This document shows positions 62,146 through 64,000 of a stretch of 64,000 nt of DNA, one piece after another. Each line of letters begins with the position of its first letter. Position 1 is the stretch's first letter. A program made the translations under genes and the position numbers. Location of the stretch: NCBI GenBank assembly GCA_000708835.1, contig DF237013.1, positions 187,561 through 251,560 of the forward strand. The letters run 5' to 3'. Source of the DNA: Klebsormidium nitens. Its lineage: Eukaryota; Plantae; Klebsormidiophyceae. The notes under the pieces are model-generated. The model was not told the DNA's origin, searched no databases, and was given only the letters and a program-made list of their open reading frames with translations.

Positions 62146-64000
62146 CTGCCGCCCGTCTCCCAGCTCCACACGCCTCCCCAGCGCTGCTCCCTGCGTCCCT
62201 GCCCTGCGCTGCTGCTCACCCGACACCGTCACATCGGACCTGAGGGCCGCCGCCGCCGCCACCACAGGCTCCCCCGTCCCGCGCACCACAAACCGCGCGC
62301 CTTGCCTCAGGGGCATCCATGCCAAGCACATGGCCGCCGGCCATACGAAGCGATCCTCCAGCTCCCCCTCCTGGCGCACCCCTGCGCAGTCCTCCGCGCT
62401 CTCCTGTGGAAACCGACTTAGACAATCCATCTCATTGTCTATCCCCGGCCGGTGGACAACCTCAAAGTTAAATTCGCTGAGCATCAAGGCCCACCTTGCC
62501 ATCTTGCCCGTCAGCTTACCGTTGGTGAGGATCCACTTGAGCGGTTGGTGGTCGCTCTCAAGCGTGAACCGCTCCCCATACATATACCGACGCCACAGAC
62601 GCACGAAGTAGACTGCCGCTAGCAACTCCCCCTCAAAGCTGCTATACCTTGACTCAGCGCCGTTGCAACTCCTACTTCCGTAAGCCACCACCCGCTCGAC
62701 CCCCGCCTCATCCTCCTACAGCAGCACGCCCCCAATGCCCTTCTTGCTCCAGTCACAGCGGACGCGGAACGGCCTCCCCCGCCTTGGGAGGACTAACACC
62801 GGGTCTCCCTGCAGGGCCAGCTTGAGCGCCTGGAAGGCCTCTTCCTGCGCCTCCCCCCACTCCCAGGACGCGCCCTTCTTAGTGAGCGCATTGAGGGGCG
62901 CCTGCAGCCGGCTGCACTCGGGGATGAACTGACGGTAGTAGTTGACTACCCCCGAAAAGGCTCTCACAGACGTCACATCCGTGGGCCTTGGGAGAGCTGC
63001 AATTGCCGCGACCTTGGCCACCTGTGGGGACACCACGCCCGGCCGCAGCCACATCCCCAGATACTCCACCGAATCCGCAGCAAAGCGGCACTTCTCCGGA
63101 TGGCACTTAAGCCCTCCCTCCCGCAGCCTGTCGAACACCTGCTGCACCAGCTCCATGTGCGCCTCGACCGTCTCCCCCCCAGCCACCAGCAAGTCGTCCA
63201 CGAAGCTCCGAGCAAACGACTCCAGCCCCCGCAGCGTGCGGTCGATGGCCCTCTGGAACCACGCGCTGGCATTCCTCGCCCCAAAGGGACAGCGCTTCCA
63301 GCAATAAAGCTTGGAGCTTGACCAGAAGGCCAACTTCCTTCGGTCCTCCTTCTTGACCACCAGCTGGTGAAAGGCCCCCCGGATGTCAATCGTGGAGTAG
63401 AACTTCGCGTGCCCAAGCCCCTCCAACACCTCCTCAGGCAAGGGCATTGGATATCCATCCTGAGCTGTCTGCTCGTTGATGGCGCGCAGGTCCGTGCAGA
63501 ACCGCGCTAGCTTCCAGTTCCCCTCAGGGTCCTTTTTGGCCGCCATCACCGAGTTAGCCGCGAAACCACTGTCACACTCCTCGATTATTCCCGCCTCTTC
63601 CAGCTCCCGACATCTCTCATCCACGAGCTCCCACTCCCTGATGCTGTGCCTCCGCGTGCGCTCGAAGATGGGCTGCTCGGATTTGAGCTTGAGCTCAACC
63701 TCAAAGAGCTTAAACTGTCCGATCTCCCCCAACCCAAACGCAAACACATCCCGATTTTTCTCAACCACCGCTGCCACCTGCGCACGGTCTGTCTTCCCCA
63801 GCTGCCCCCCCACCGTCCAGCCGTCCTGCTCCAACCCTTTAACGGGACCCTGGCCATTTCCAGCCCCTGCGCTGCTGAGCGCGCCCCCAGGCCGTGCGCC
63901 ACCTGGTGCCACCACAGCTCCTGCACACTCCGCCTGCTGGTCCTGGCCTTGCCTTGAGACAGGGGGGCTCACACGGCTGGGCCCGCCGCGAGCACCCCCC

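Larger units (their letters stand above)
60272..63972 (-). pseudogene. Degenerate pol polyprotein of the gypsy element
   Basis: RT: RFCTDLRAIN, YSTIDIRGAFHQ, CPFGARNAS, FVDDLL. RNase H: CDWSKKGIGGVL, YSSFEGELLAAV, SDHQPLKW. Integrase HHCC (HERAGH...CGAC) and DDE core (WGLDFAGP, TDRGGEF, NGLSER). Disruptions: TAG at 62716-62718, 1-nt frameshift near 61662, TAG at 61238-61240, TAA at 61133-61135. Confidence 0.92.
59824..64000 (-). mobile_element. Ty3/gypsy LTR retrotransposon, 3' portion (RT-RNase H-spacer-integrase-PHD, PPT, putative 3' LTR); continues past the window end
   Basis: Domain order RT>RH>INT is gypsy-type. A polypurine tract AGGAGGGGA (60236-60228) follows the pol stop, then a putative 404-bp TG...CA LTR (60227-59824). 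Confidence 0.93.

Noticed and set aside
61397-62611. 404-aa plus-strand ORF
   Set aside because: Antisense shadow of the GC-rich retrotransposon pol.

Overview
Eukaryotic, intron-rich genomic DNA. Gene content and intron style suggest a streptophyte green alga such as Klebsormidium (inference, not shown directly). I built five spliced gene models by hand; each uses GT-AG introns and has a total CDS length divisible by 3: (1) plastid-type ATP-dependent phosphofructokinase PFK5 (minus, 1164-9332); (2) R2R3-MYB transcription factor (minus, 12559-18189); (3) BAT1-like amino-acid permease (minus, 24501-30367); (4) peroxisomal Lon protease LON2 ending in the PTS1 signal SRL (plus, 31524-45898); (5) RKD-type RWP-RK transcription factor (plus, 51867-57875). 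Mobile DNA comprises two non-autonomous hAT elements with 8-bp TSDs, one Tc1/mariner-type MITE, and a degenerate Ty3/gypsy LTR retrotransposon that runs off the right edge. That element ends its integrase in a PHD finger rather than a chromodomain and has a repetitive spacer between RNase H and integrase. A 940-N assembly gap lies at 47734-48673. The most striking unexplained pattern is that introns of at least three genes carry decayed 110-180 bp tandem copies of the adjacent exon/intron junction ('splice-site echoes'). No rRNA, tRNA or CRISPR array was seen.
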